Notes: generated by a model from the letters alone, not told the origin. 64,000 nt of DNA from Eledone cirrhosa (GCA_964016885.1 OZ024754.1:9114001-9178000), one strand, 5' to 3'; positions 1 to 12,599 are shown, numbered from the stretch's first letter. Program-made: numbers and translations.

Positions 1-908
1 TAGCTAAGACAAAGGTGTTGATAAGTAGGAAAGAGGATAAAACTCTGATTCCATCAGGGAAATGGCCATGTTCAATATGTAGGAAAGGAGTTGGCATAAA
101 TTCTATAAAATGTACACAGTGCAGATCTTGGGTACACAAGAGATGTAGTGGGATAGCAGGCAAGCTAACAGGTAGGGAAAACTATATATGCAGTAGATGT
201 ACAGGGAAATTTGACAGTAGAAGTCAGTGATAGAAACATTAAAAAAATGTAGGTAGGATCTATAGAGGTGGTTGATAGCTTCCGATAACTAGATGATCAG
301 ATTAGTAAGGGAGGAGGGTGCTCCGAGGCCATAGTTTCCAGAATAAGGACGGGTTGGAAGAAATTTAGGGAGCTGCTTCCTCTGTTGACAAAGAAGGGTT
401 TCTCCCTACGAACGAAAGGCCAGTTTTATGATGCCTGTGTGAGATGCGCGATGCTGCATGGTAGTGAGACATGGGCAGCAACTGTGGAGGATATGCGATG
501 GCTGGAGAGAAATGAAGCAAGCATGCTCCATTGGATGTGCAATGTCAATGTGCATGAACAACCAAGCATAGACGAGTTGAGAGAGAAACTGTGTATAAGA
601 GGGATAGGCTGTAGTGTGCGGGAGAGAAGACTGCATTGGTATGGGCATGTGATGCGCATGGAGGATGACCGCTGAGTGAATAAGTGATCTGAGGTCTGCC
701 AAGAAATCCCAGTAGAAGGAAGACGCAGTCGAGGAAGACCGTGAAAAACATGGGCAGAGGTGGTAAGAGCAGACCTCAGATCACTGAAGCTCACGGAGGA
801 GATGACGAAGGACCGTGACAAGTGGAGAGATGCCGTGCTGAATAGGACCCGTTCCACCCTTGCAAGCAAGGAAAAGCAGACGTAGAATGATGATGATGAT
901 GATGATGA
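1..908 (+). mobile_element. RTE-clade non-LTR retrotransposon, 3' part (degenerate), family A
   Basis: PHD-like Cys cluster WPCSICRKGVG..CTQCRSWVHKRC..CSRC (15-230), then the RTE C-terminal motifs MLHGSETW, ERRLHWYGHVMRM and RGRP-KTW; ends in a (GAT)n tail at ~887-908; stops and frameshifts present. Confidence 0.9.
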
Positions 909-917
909 TATATATTT

Positions 918-1079
918 AAAATAGAAATGGCTTCTACAGGACTAGAACTGTTTCATTTCAATGAAATCATCAGGAAAGCTCTGTAAACAGTTCTAGTCCT
1001 ATGGAAGCCATTTCTATTTTATATATTTATACTCTGCTATGTATTGAGTACCTTACTTACTGTGGTTACCCCCGATTGA
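918..1079. mobile_element. Fold-back hammerhead-bearing element, family A (Penelope pLTR-like)
   Basis: Inverted arms aaaatagaaatggcttctacaggactagaactgttt / aaacagttctagtcctatggaagccatttctatttt plus a ~60 bp tail shared with 12601, 27197 and (partly) 51557; minus strand reads gctttc-CTGATGA-tttcattgaaat-GAAA-cag-ttctagtc-ctg-TA-gaagc. Confidence 0.75.
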
Positions 1080-1436
1080 TACTGTGATACACATATCTAT
1101 ATATAGATATCTATAGTGTTGCTTCTAAATGCTGATTAAGCACTGAAGAGAAGACAGTAGGAATGTATATGAAGATACATTTTAAAAGTAGTTTGAGGCA
1201 AAAATATCAATATAAGACTGGGATTCAACATCTTATCTTTTTAATTAGTAATTTATTAATTCAGTCATTCAAACTCTTCTCATTAGTCTTAAATTTTTTT
1301 AAACATTCTGTAAATCTGACATTGGGTGGAGTCAGTAAATTTAAAAATAAGCTTACTAACAGCGATGGCAAATCCATTTTTTATTCTTGTAACAATTTCT
1401 CTTCACTTATGCTGCTGCCTTTGGAGAACATGGATA

Positions 1437-1843
1437 TAATGGTTTTTAATTTAGACACAAGGCCAACAATTTTTAGGAGAGGGGAAAGTAAAATAAATCG
1501 ACCCCAGTGCTTTACTGGTACTTTATTTAATTGACCCCATAAGGATGAAAGGCAAAGCTAACCTTAGCAGGATTTAAATTCAGAACACAAAGGGCCGTAG
1601 CTCTATGCCACGAAGCATGTTGTCCAACAATATACCAATATTGCCAATCCATGAAATAATTGTTTCTATTTTAGGCACAAGGTCAGCAATTACCCAGTAC
1701 ATTACTGGTACTTTATTTTATCGACCCCCGTAAGGATGAAAGGCAAAGTTAACCTTGGCAGGATTTGAACTCAGATCGTAAAGGGGCATAACTATGTTGG
1801 AAAGCATGTCCGACCCTCTACCGATACTGCCAATTCACCGCCC
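1437..1843 (-). mobile_element. Two adjacent copies of a tRNA-derived SINE
   Basis: Reverse complement has A-box-like TGGCAGTATCGG, B-box GAGTTCAAATCC, core gcctttcatccttacggggtcgataaaataaagtaccag and tail ggccttgtgcctaaa..gaaacaattatt; >20 copies in the window. Confidence 0.85.
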
Positions 1844-2487
1844 TTCCATGAAATAATGCAACATATATTCCTTTGTACCAGACAAAACTCTTTTACATAA
1901 TATCTAGATGGAAAAAGGTAGTGATCATTTCACCATTATATATTTCTTTTCCTCCAGAGACACCATGGTCAGGTCATTTTAAACTATATACCACCAGACA
2001 CCACTCAGTTCCCATAAAGTCACCACTCCCTCCATTTATTGGCAAGCAACAGATAGTCTACATCTCGTCTACCTCTCTCCTCCCTACTATCACTACCCTC
2101 CAAGCCTGCTGTCAGATGATATAAATGCTCTAGTGTTGAAATATAGTAGTGTTGGTCCTGCCACACATCTCGTAAACAACCAGCATTCCCTTTTCATCAC
2201 AATATATATATATATCTATGTATATATAAATATGTACATAGATTTATTTTTTTAATATCCAGTTGAGTTCTTTCAAACGGTGGTTAGAATTACTAATAGG
2301 GTTCAATGACCTTCGTGTATATTATTTTATGTTTTACGATGACCTCCCTTTCCCATTTGGGGACAGTGTGAAATTTCTTTTTGAAGGACTTCTGGACTTT
2401 CAAACTTAGCGGTCATTCTAGCACTGACAGGGACCATTGCTGAATATTAATATCAATGTAGTTTTTTATATTGATATTACTTGGGCA

Positions 2488-2609
2488 TCCACTGATGAGT
2501 TATAAGAGTCCTCTTGCATGGATATCTATGGATTATATGCAAGCTTCTACATAACTTGGATATTATTTTCCCACCTTGTAGAAAACTTATAATGAAACGA
2601 TCGTATGGA
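2488..2609 (+). ncRNA. Type I hammerhead ribozyme motif with large branched stem II
   Basis: tcca-CTGATGA-gttataag...cttataat-GAAA-cgatcg-TA-tgga: stem I tcca/tgga, stem II 8 bp, palindromic stem III CGATCG, GUA cleavage triplet. Confidence 0.75.
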
Positions 2610-2789
2610 AAAAGAGATTTATTTAATTATGTCTCATATAAAATAATACAGCTGACTATCCACGAAATACAATATAGTTAGCACCCTAAACGCTTAATTG
2701 GGAATATACTCAGGTATATCCTAATGTATGTTGAGTGAGATGGGAGTCGGTCGGATTATCGCTAAAAGCTTTCTCTGTTAATGTATTAA

Positions 2790-2790
2790 G

Positions 2791-2870
<80 letters not shown>

Positions 2871-3072
2871 CATATATATATACATACATATATATATACA
2901 TATGTATGTATACATAAATTATATATATATATTTCAATCTAGCTAACTTGGTCATTTGCAATACAAACACTTAGATACTTGTATTAGTGTTTATCATATA
3001 TTCATTTGTATATATAATATATATACATATACATAAGTTATACATATATATATATATATATATATACATAAG

Positions 3073-3121
<49 letters not shown>

Positions 3122-3145
3122 TATATACATATATATATATACATA
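2790..3145. repeat. (TA)n/(TACA)n microsatellites
   Basis: Dinucleotide runs seen directly. Confidence 0.95.
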
Positions 3146-3146
3146 A

Positions 3147-3495
3147 ATTGGAAGAAGTTTATGGAGCTGCTTCCTCTGTTGACAAAGAAGGGTTTCTCCT
3201 TGCGTACGAAAGGCCGGTTATATGATGTCTGTGTGAGATGCGCGATGCTGCATGGTAGTGGAGACATGGGCAGCGACTGTGGAGGATATGTGACGGCTGG
3301 AGAGAAATGAAGCAAGCATGTTCTATTGGATGTGCAATGTCAATGTCCGTGAACGACCAAGCATAGATGAGTTGAGAGAGAATCCGAGTATATGAGGGAT
3401 AAGTTGTAGTGTGCGGGAGAGAAGACTGCGATGGTATGGACATGTGATGCACATGGAGGATGACAGCTGGGTAAAGAAGTGCCAAGAAATCCTAA
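3147..3495 (+). mobile_element. RTE family A fragment
   Basis: WKKFMELLPLLTKKGFSLRTKGRLYDVCVRCAMLHGS; near copy of 352-710. Confidence 0.9.
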
Positions 3496-3582
3496 GACTC
3501 CAGATATAAGCTGAAAGTGATGTCATATTCCTTCTTAAAGGGTTAAGAAAAGAATGGGTATGCATTTAAAGACGCTGCTTGA

Positions 3583-3623
<41 letters not shown>

Positions 3624-3639
3624 TAAAAGGTGTAATAAT

Positions 3640-5510
3640 GTAATCACAGTAAAAGAATAAATGAGAGAATCATTAAACTCAGGATAGTCCTAAGTAAACA
3701 ACTGTTACTATTATATCTGAATATGCACCACAATCAGGACTACCAAACGAACTAAAAGATGACTTTTACAAATTCTTAATACAAACTATTTCTCTAGTGA
3801 ATAACAAGGAACTCTTAATCATAGCAAGGGACTTTAATAGACATGTTGGTCAACACTGTGATGGCTTCTATGGGATTAATGGTGGGTACGGGTTTGATGA
3901 GAGAAATGAAGAAGGATCCAGGCTCCTGGAATTCTGTGATGCTAATGAACTGACAATCTGTAACACTAACTTTAAAAAAACCTTACACCCACTTAATCAC
4001 CTATAGATCAGGAGCACAGAAACCAAATACATTTCATTCTCACCAGAAAGCAAGATGGAATGATGTTTATAAACATAAAGTCCCTCCCGGGCAAGGAATG
4101 CACATCACAACATAACCTAGTAGCCAGCAATTTGCTAATTAGGGCTAGACAAACTCGGAGATAGATGGCAACTTGGAGGAGAAAGATATGGAAGTAGAAG
4201 ATGCCTTCAGCCTGTAACAAATTTAGGAATAGCTTACTTGATGTTTTTGACAATAAGGGAAAATAAAGAGCGGCATATAATATAGAGGAGCAGTAGGAGG
4301 TCCTGAGAGATAATCTACTGAAGGCTACAAATAAGGTTCAGGGTGTAGGAGAGTAACTTGGTGGTGGAATAGTAGGGTGGATCAAACAATTAAAGCCAAG
4401 AGATTGGTTCTGAAATGAATGGCAAAATGGGAGAAGCAGAGAACTTTACCAAGAGACCAAAACAGAGGCAAGGTGACAAATATACTTTGTAAGGACGGAA
4501 GCAGAAAATGTGAAGTTTATGCATATTATGCAATGTGAGGACCGAAGACATGAGGTGTTCAGGATCGCGAGGCAGCGTGTCAGGGAAAATAGGGATGTTG
4601 TGAGGGAGAAGTGTGTCTGAAATAACAATGGAGCACTTGTATTCACTGAAGCTGAAAAGAAGGCAGCATAGATGTGTAATTATGAGAGACTGATGATTGA
4701 GGAGAATGTGTGGGAAGAAGATAGCCTGCCCCAAGTGGACTCTACATAGGGTCACCAGCAGCATAGTAAGTAAGACAATTAAAGATATGAAGACAGTCAA
4801 AGCAGGGGGATTATCAGGAATAGTTACTGAGATGCTGAAAGCATCTGGGATGGTAGGACACACTATGACTACCGTCAACAACATCATCATCATCATCATC
4901 ATCGTTTAATGTCCATTTTCCATGCTAGCATGAGTTGGGCCCCATATTGTAAACCAAGTAATACAAAATGGTATCAAACCCAATGACTGGTATAGCATCA
5001 TCATCGTTAACTGCTACAAGGGCAAAGGAAACTATCAAGGCCTCAAACTGATAGACCAGGTCATGAAAGTTCCGGAAAGAGTCATTGTACAACTGATTAG
5101 GGATCGAATTAACCTAGATGAGATGCAGTTTAGATTTATGCCACTCCCATGAATGCCACTCTCTTCCTCGTGAGGCAACTACAGAAGAAGTACCTAACTA
5201 AAAGCAATCCCCTCTACTTGGTATTTATTGGCCTGGAGAAAGGTTTTGACAGGGTCCCCCATTCTGTAATCTGGTGGGAACTTAGGAAACTAGAAGTAGA
5301 TGAGGGGATTGTGACGGTGGTACAAGCCATGTACAGATGTGCAGTTAGCAAGGTTAAAACTATTAACGATAATAGTGAGAAATTTAACATGCAAGTTAGG
5401 GTCTACCAGGGCTCCACCCTTAGCTCTCTCCTCTTTATTATCATCCTCCAAGTTATAAAAAAAGAGTTTAAAACAGGATGCTCCTGGGAACTCCAGTATG
5501 CTGATGATCT
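3640..5510 (+). mobile_element. Degenerate RTE LINE, AP-endonuclease through reverse transcriptase
   Basis: Endonuclease motifs YAPQ, DFNRHVG, RNEEGSRLLEFCDANELTICNTNFKK; RT motifs LEKGFDRVPH, VYQGSTLSSLLF, ELQYADDL; many stops. Confidence 0.88.
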
Positions 5511-5534
5511 ATATATGAGTGAAATATTTTTAGT

Positions 5535-6090
5535 AGTAGTGTCATGGGTTCGATTCTTGCACCATGTTGTGTTGACTTCTCAAGCAAAACACTCCATTAC
5601 AGCTGAAAATGAGTTTCAGCAATAGCTGGGAGTGGGGTTAACCCTTTGATTGACTGTCGTCCTGTCCAGGGGAAGTCTTGTACTCTCAGATACTTAACAC
5701 TCCATTTCAACTGAAAATGAGTTTCAGCAATAGCTGGGAGTGGGGTTTAACCCTGTGATTGACTGATGTCCTGTCCAGGGGAAGTCTTGTACTCTCAGAT
5801 ACTTAACACTCCATTACAGCTGAAAATGAGTTTCAGCAATAGCTGGGAGTGGGGTTAACCCTGTGATTGACTGATGTCCTGTCCAGGGGAAGTCTTGTAC
5901 TCTCAGATACTTAACACTCCATTACAACTGAAAATGAGTTTCAGCAATAGCTGGGAGTGGGGTTAACCCTGTGATTGACTGTCGTCCTGTCCTGACGGAG
6001 TCTTGTACTCTCAGATACTTAACACTGCAGAAACCCAGGATAAGCTCTGGCCAGACGAATCTCTAGGGCTTGAGGCAGACTTCTTCGACT
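5535..6090 (+). mobile_element. Second SINE family with an internal 108-bp segment amplified 4x in tandem (5591-6023)
   Basis: B-box-like GGGTTCGATTC at ~5546; units start at 5591, 5699, 5808 and 5916; a single related copy lies on the minus strand at ~38740-38950. Confidence 0.7.
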
Positions 6091-6230
6091 TTGCTTGATC
6101 AGGGTCAGTTTTGGCCTCAACACTAACAACGACCATGACAACAACAACAATAACAACTACAACACATTTCATTTTTGCTCTAAAGGACTTTCGTTATACG
6201 GCAAAGCCTTAGCAACATATTTTCATAAAT

Positions 6231-6560
6231 TTGTGTGTGTGTCTGTATGTATGTGTGTGTGCGTGTGTATGTGTAGGTGTGTATTTGGATGTGTAAGTGA
6301 GTCTGTATATTTGTAGATGTGTGTTTGTGTGTGTATGTGATTCTGCATGCATGCATGTGTATATGTGAGTGTGTTTGTGTGTATGTGTATACATGTGTAT
6401 GTGTGAGAGTGCATTTATATATGTGTGCATATATGCATGTGTATATATGTGTGTATTTGTATATGTGTATGTGTGTGTATATGTATGCATGTGTATATGT
6501 GAGTGTGCGTGTGTGTATATGTGAATGAGTGTATGTGAGTGTGTGCATGTGTGGGTGTGT
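6231..6560. repeat. (TG)n/(TATG)n microsatellite
   Basis: Seen directly. Confidence 0.95.
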
Positions 6561-6692
6561 AAATATTGGTTTTCCTTTATTGGTTATTGGTTATTGGTTA
6601 TTCATGTTAGTAAAAGTAAAAATCAAACAAAAACAAACAAAAGAAACCAACAATCAATAGTTAAATTTTCATAGAATTACCATCTGACATGA

Positions 6693-7135
6693 CATCATCA
6701 TCATCATTATTTAACGTCTATTTATCCACACTAGCATGGGTTTGATGGGTTGTCTTGTTTGAAGCAGGTTGTGTCCAATGACTGTTTTTTGCTCACACAG
6801 AACTGTTTCTGGCTTGGTTTCTACAGCTGGATGCCCTTCCTAATGCCAACCACATTTACAGTGTGGACTGGGTACTTTTTGTCGTGACTCCTGCATGACC
6901 ACTTTACAGTGTGGACTGGGTACTTTTTGTCGTGACACCTACATGACCACTTTACAGTGTGGACTGGGTACTTTTTGTCGTGACACCTACATGACCACTT
7001 TACAGTGTGGACTGGGTACTTTTTGTCGTGACACCTACATGACCACTTTACAGTGTGGACTGGGTACTTTTTGTCATGACACCTACATGACCACTTTACA
7101 GTGTGGACTGGGTACTTTTTGTCGTGACACCTACA
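6693..7135 (-). mobile_element. RTE 3' UTR (minus) with ~6 copies of a 48-bp minisatellite (6856-7135)
   Basis: (CAT)n tail at 6693-6706; the reverse complement matches the RTE 3' UTRs at 12040-12211 and 23290-23565. Confidence 0.85.
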
Positions 7136-7320
7136 GACTTTGTTAGGAATATTCCACTATGGTCATAATGATAATGATGATCTATCATTCTCTCTATCTA
7201 TTTATTTATTCATCTAGCTAGATATCTATCTATCTATATAGCTATTTATCCCTCTAGCCAGCTATTTATCCCTCTAGCCAGCTATTTATCTAGCTATCTA
7301 TCTAGCTATTTATCTATCTA

Positions 7321-7531
7321 GAAAGGAGCACTTGCACAACACGCTCCTTGAGTTGAGGGTTGTTCTATCGACGGGGTATTAAACAACCCATTTGTGGCGC
7401 CTCCCCCCTATTGGGGATTTCGATTGTTGAAATTGTTTGTTTTTATATTTTTTACACGACTGTATGTAAAATCCCCGGCATGTCTTTGTATTGTCCCCTT
7501 TCTTGTTGCGCCCTTGTGGCTAATAAAGAAA
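7321..7531 (+). mobile_element. Probable 3' end of a non-LTR element inserted in a (TATC)n-type repeat
   Basis: Unique 210-bp segment ending gcgcccttgtggctAATAAAgaa, flanked on both sides by the same tatctagc/tatttatccctctag low-complexity repeat. Confidence 0.45.
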
Positions 7532-8175
7532 TCTATCTATCTAGCTATTTATCCCTCTAGCCAGCTATTTATCTATCTATCTATCTAGCTATTTATCCCT
7601 CTATCTAGCTATTTATCTATCTAGCTAGCTATTTTGGAAACCAACTCATGGGAAATGCAATAGAAGAAGATTTGCTTGAATCTTCATCAATCAACTCTCA
7701 GATGATACAAACTTTAGTAAGGAACAGTTGTCAGGAGCAATGGAATATCGTGAATCAGGAGTGTTCAGCTATGCTCACAATGATGATGATGATGATGATG
7801 ATATAAAAGAATTGATGAACAAATTATCCACATTAGTTTTAATTGTTGCTGTTAAACTGTAAAATGGAGATCCATGTAGAACATATAATATTGTTTCTAC
7901 GTTAGGCACAAGGCCAGCAATTACACAGTGCATTACTGGTACTTTATTTTATCGACCCCGTAAGGATGAAAGGCAAAGTTAACCTGTGACACAAACATAT
8001 ATCTAATCTCTAATCTGGCTGAGTTTACACTCGCAAATAAGAAGACCCAGGGCCGCCCCTAGAAGCATTGGGTTTGGTGTATTTCATATTTGTTTCGGTT
8101 ACTGAATACAATCAGGGGTCGCTATTTCTCTTCTAGTTCTTCAATAGTTCTCTTCTAACTCGAGTGCGAGTACCT

Positions 8176-8295
8176 TTCCATTGTCAATTTGCACTGATCA
8201 TCTGCAAAGCCACATTGTTCTCAGAACCACTACACCAGTCTTTTGATGTGTGCAGCTGGAACTACTGCTACACATTGATTTGGCAGGATTTTTTC
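8176..8295. repeat. Unclassified dispersed repeat, second copy at ~52773-52892
   Basis: Shared tgatcatctgcaaagc..cattgttctca.aaccactacaccagtcttt.gatg.gtgcagctg..attgatttggcaggattttt. Confidence 0.75.
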
Positions 8296-8539
8296 TTTTT
8301 TTCTTTAGATGGTTGTTGACTCTTATGAGTTCTTCCGCCTGTTGTCAGGTTTTATTTTTTGTCCTGCAGGGTGTCCAAAATCACCCTCCTCACCAAGTAA
8401 ACTTGGTGAGGTTGCTGGTTTAGTCGCTGATGATCCGACCATGCGACAGGTTGTACTGGATTACATGCTACCAGTAGCACTCGAGAGTGACCAAACATAG
8501 AATCTGTTGAAATTATGGCTATTTCAATTAAAGTTCTTT

Positions 8540-8890
8540 AGGGTAATGACCAAAAGAATACGACAGCAAATACAAGTGGCTGAAATGGGGTTCTTCAAGA
8601 AGGTCTTTGGAGTAATGTTACTCAATAGAGTGCATAGTTTGGAGGGCTGAGAGTAATTCCAGGTAGCACTGTTACGTCTCAGGAATTGAGAGATCATAGC
8701 TCCGATATTATGGACTTATGGACATATGCTCCAGGAAAGAATCACTGGACAGATTTTACGGGTAAAACCAACTGGCAGGAGACCCAGAGGTAGACCCCCC
8801 AAGCAAGATGATCAGATAACATCCATGAGCTTGACTAGTCTCAGTTGGGATCCAGCCGGATCAATTGGAGACGGCTGCTTCTGACAAGAA
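8540..8890 (+). mobile_element. RTE family B C-terminal fragment
   Basis: Encodes IQVAEMGFFKKV.GVMLLNRV and QIL.VKPTGRRPRGRP-like motifs; homologous to 9666-10010 (-), 19292-19880 and 23588-23705. Confidence 0.7.
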
Positions 8891-9232
8891 GTTCTTTAGA
8901 ATTAATTTCAATCCATGTTTTTTACATAAATTTCTCTTGTAATTATAATTTTTTCTACTCTCCCTGATTTTTGTTAAGTTTTGGACCGTTCAAACTCTGC
9001 TTTGTCGAAATTATGGAAAATATAAATCGAAGGGAGACATTTTTATTAACATTTTTATTGTTAGAAATTATAAAAATCTATTTTATTTAAAGAAAAATGC
9101 CGTATTTGAAAGAATTCCTTCCCTTACATGCTATTAACTAAGTCACTTTCTACCAACTCAGAACAGCATACACCGATGTAATCAGTAATCTAAGGGACAT
9201 AACTGCGTAAAAATCTTAGTCAAAATAACGTT

Positions 9233-9662
9233 TTTTTTAAAAAATTCATAATAACTTTATTAATATTTAAAAATGGAAAAGAAGAGAAAAGTAAAGGCTG
9301 TAGGGTCACAGAAGAATGGGAGGGGAGGGGGATGGGCTCCGGGCCTAGGGCGCGGTGGTGTTGGGGCTGCGCCACGCGGACAGTCGCCAGCGACAATCGC
9401 TGCTACAGCCGCCCCACCTCGCGGGACTCCTTCCCCAGACGAGCTGCCGACGTTCCGATCTTGCGGAGGAGCTTGGTAGTACGAGGTCCGAGTACGCTTG
9501 AGGTCTTGACAGTGACCAGTGTGGAGAGGAAGCGGTCGGACAATCCTCGGTATATGTTTGTCTTCCTTTCCTGTGCATTGCGGGCCGCAGTGCCGGGGTT
9601 TTTGGTCGAAGCGACTAAGTTGGAGGCGGAGAAAGTGTCACAACATGTGGCGTCTAGTGGGC
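9233..9662 (-). mobile_element. CRE-like (restriction-like endonuclease) non-LTR element, 3' end
   Basis: Minus strand translates LDATCCDTFSASNLVASTKNPGTAARNAQERKTNIYRGLSDRF..KTSSVLGP, homologous to 30908-31581; AATAAA and an A-rich end near 9233-9262. Confidence 0.75.
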
Positions 9663-9665
9663 TCT

Positions 9666-10010
9666 GTCAGGAACAACTGTCTCCAATTGATCCGGATGGA
9701 TCCCTTCTCAAGCGAGACCGGGCCAAGCTCGTGGATGTTATCCAACAATCTCGCTCGGGGTCTACTCCTGCGTCTTTATGTCGGTTGCTTTCGCCCATAA
9801 AATTTGTCCAGCGATTCTTTCCTGAGACATTCTAATCACATGTCCGTAGTATCAGAACTGTGATCTCTCAATTCGGAGAAGTAGCGGCTCTAGCTGGAGC
9901 AACTCTCTGATCTCCGAGCTACGCACTTTATCGAGTAAAATTACTCCAAAGACCCTTCGGAGCAAACCCATTTCGGCCGCCTATATTTGAGATCGTGTTC
10001 ATTCGGTCAA
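9666..10010 (-). mobile_element. RTE family B fragment
   Basis: Reverse complement aligns to 8540-8890. Confidence 0.7.
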
Positions 10011-10040
10011 TAACCAATCTTGCACACATACTGAAGTGCA

Positions 10041-10390
10041 AAATAATTGTTTCTACTTTTGGCACAAGGCCAGCAATTAAATCAGTGTATTACTGGTACT
10101 TTATTTTATCGATCTTGTAAAGATGAAAGGCAAAGTTAACCTCAACGGGATTTGAACTCAGATCATAAAGGGAGGTAACTCTTTGCTGCAAAGCATGGCG
10201 TCCGACCCGCTATAATAATTGTTTCTACTATAGGCACAAGGCCAGCAATTATTTTGGGGGTGAGGTAGGGTGGGGTGGGGGGCAATGAAATCGATTCTTT
10301 CTTACTGGTACTTTATTTTATCGAGCCTGTAAGGATAAAAAACAAAGCTAACCTCGGCGGGATTTGAACTCAGAACCTAAAGGGCCGTAA
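10041..10390 (-). mobile_element. Two tRNA-derived SINE copies
   Basis: Same core and tail as 1437-1843. Confidence 0.85.
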
Positions 10391-10590
10391 ACGATGTTGA
10401 TTTTAACGTTGATGCTGCTGCTACTGCTGCTGATCAGCAGTTCAAAACGGAAAAAAAAATGTGATCTGGTTCCAAAGACAAAGCTTCTATAGATATATTT
10501 AAATAGTTTAACAAGAGTATTTTCCCTTAATTATAAAAGCATATTATTTTTATTTTTTATTTTGTTTAGCAGTTGATGTGTCAGGATATA

Positions 10591-10751
10591 CCGTATTTCC
10601 CGGTGCCGGAGACGCTTCGTCCTCGAGGACACATCCTAATTTTGACAACAAAAAATTTGAAAAAACAAAAAATGATAAACAACCTACAGCCTCCAGGACG
10701 CATGGTAGATTTTTGAGACTTATTTTAGGGAAAAAGTAGCGTCTTCAACGG
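10591..10751. mobile_element. Tc1/mariner (Tc2/pogo-like) MITE
   Basis: TA-ccgtatttcccggtgccggagacgc ... gcgtcttcaacgg-TA: degenerate terminal inverted repeats with TA on both flanks. Confidence 0.55.
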
Positions 10752-11052
10752 TAGCTAAAATAAGCTGTTCTACGGAAGGTGTAGACAGTGAATTGACAGA
10801 TCGTTAGAATGTAGGATAGAATGCTTTGCAGTATTCGTTCCATCGTTCTGCTCTCTGAGTTCAAATCCCACCAAAGCCGACATTGCCTTTCAGCCATTTA
10901 AAGTCAAGTACTGAGGCCGATTCTTTCTCACTTCCTTTCTTTCACCCTCTCTGTCCTTCTCTGCTACTATATTCAGACCTAGAAAGGAGATGGGCTCCGC
11001 CTGGTTTTAAAATTCCCTAGAAACGCTACATGTCAATATTATCAATATTACA

Positions 11053-11871
11053 TGTCGTGAGACCTACATGACCACTTTACAGTGTGGACTGGGTGCTTTT
11101 TGTCGCGAGTCCTACACGACCACTTTACAGTGTGGACTGGGTGCTTTTTGTCGTGAGACCTACACGACCACTTTACAGTGTGGACTGGGTGCTTTTTGTC
11201 GTGAGAACTACATGACCACTTTACAGTGTGGACTCGGTGCTTTTTGTCGTGAGTCCTACACGACCACTTTACAGTGTGGACTGGGTGCTTTTTGTCGTGA
11301 GACCTACACGACCACTTTACAGTGTGGACTGGGTGCTTTTTGTCGTGAGACCTACATGACCACTTTACAGTGTGGACTGGGTGCTTTTTGTCGTGAGACC
11401 TACATGACCACTTTACAGTGTGGACTCGGTGCTTTTTGTCGTGAGACCTACACGACCACTTTACAGTGTGGACTGGGTGCTTTTTGTCGTGAGACCTACA
11501 CGACCACTTTACAGTGTGGACTGGGTGCTTTTTGTCGTGAGAACTACATGACCACTTTACAGTGTGGGCTGGATGCTTTTTGTCGTGAGACCTACATGAC
11601 CACTTTACAGTGTGGACTCGGTGCTTTTTGTCGTGAGTCCTACACGACCACTTTACAGTGTGGGTTGGATGCTTTTTGTCGTGAGACCTACATGACCACT
11701 TTACAGTGTGGACTCGGTGCTTTTTGTCGTGAGTCCTACACGACCACCTTACAATGTGGACTGGGTGCTTTTTGTCGTGAGACCTACATGACTACTTTAC
11801 GGTGTGGACTGAGTGCTTTATGTCATGAGACCTACACGACCACCTTACAATGTGGACTGGATGTTTTGTGA
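11053..11871. repeat. 48-bp minisatellite, ~17 copies, derived from an RTE 3' UTR (antisense)
   Basis: Unit atgaccactttacagtgtggactgggtgctttttgtcgtgagacctac; its reverse complement matches the repeat inside the RTE 3' UTR at 23290-23390. Confidence 0.92.
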
Positions 11872-11932
11872 TACAAACATATGTGTGTATGAATACTCAC
11901 AGAGATGTGTAATTGAAGTACGATTCCTTTAA

Positions 11933-12212
11933 TACACACGACCGTGACCTCTGGCGTCACGCAGTAATACAGAAGACCCTCTCCTCCACTGGTACAAGCC
12001 GAAGCTGAAGCATATAGACAATATTCCCCCACACCCTCCCACTGCAAAGTGGTCGTGGAGGTGCCACGGCAAAAAGCACCCAGCACTCACTGTAAATGAG
12101 GTTGGTGTTAGGAAGTGCATCCAGCTGTAGAAATCAAGCCAGAATCAGGACAACCCGTCTAACCCATGGTAGCGTGGAAGAACGGACGTAAAACGGTGTT
12201 GATGATGATGAT
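11933..12212 (+). mobile_element. RTE 3' end with (GAT)n tail
   Basis: Matches 23192-23565 and 26190-26608. Confidence 0.85.
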
Positions 12213-12514
12213 ATCACATAAATATGGATTCATCTGAGGAAATCACTCCCATACCAGCAACAAATGCAAATACTACATCTTGGGTTGCATAAGGGTCGCC
12301 ATAGAAATAATTATAATGAATAAATGCTTTATGTAATCACAGCAACTTTCTTAATGTTATTCATATATATATATAACAAAGAGGGTGTGGTAAGATACCA
12401 GGTGGACCATAACGCACCAGAGTACTCAATACTTAGGGTAGTAGAGTGGGTAATAGGAAAAGAGTCAGGACCCTGACGGCTGAGCTCCGGCCATTTCGAC
12501 AGCTAGATCTGAAC

Positions 12515-12581
<67 letters not shown>

Positions 12582-12599
12582 GAGAGATAGATAGATAAG

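Noticed and set aside
9332-9835. GC-rich 167-aa ORF / CpG-island-like segment
   Set aside because: Antisense to adjoining CRE-like and RTE fragments
11053-11871. CRISPR-like regular array
   Set aside because: Head-to-tail units with no unique spacers, eukaryotic context, LINE-UTR origin
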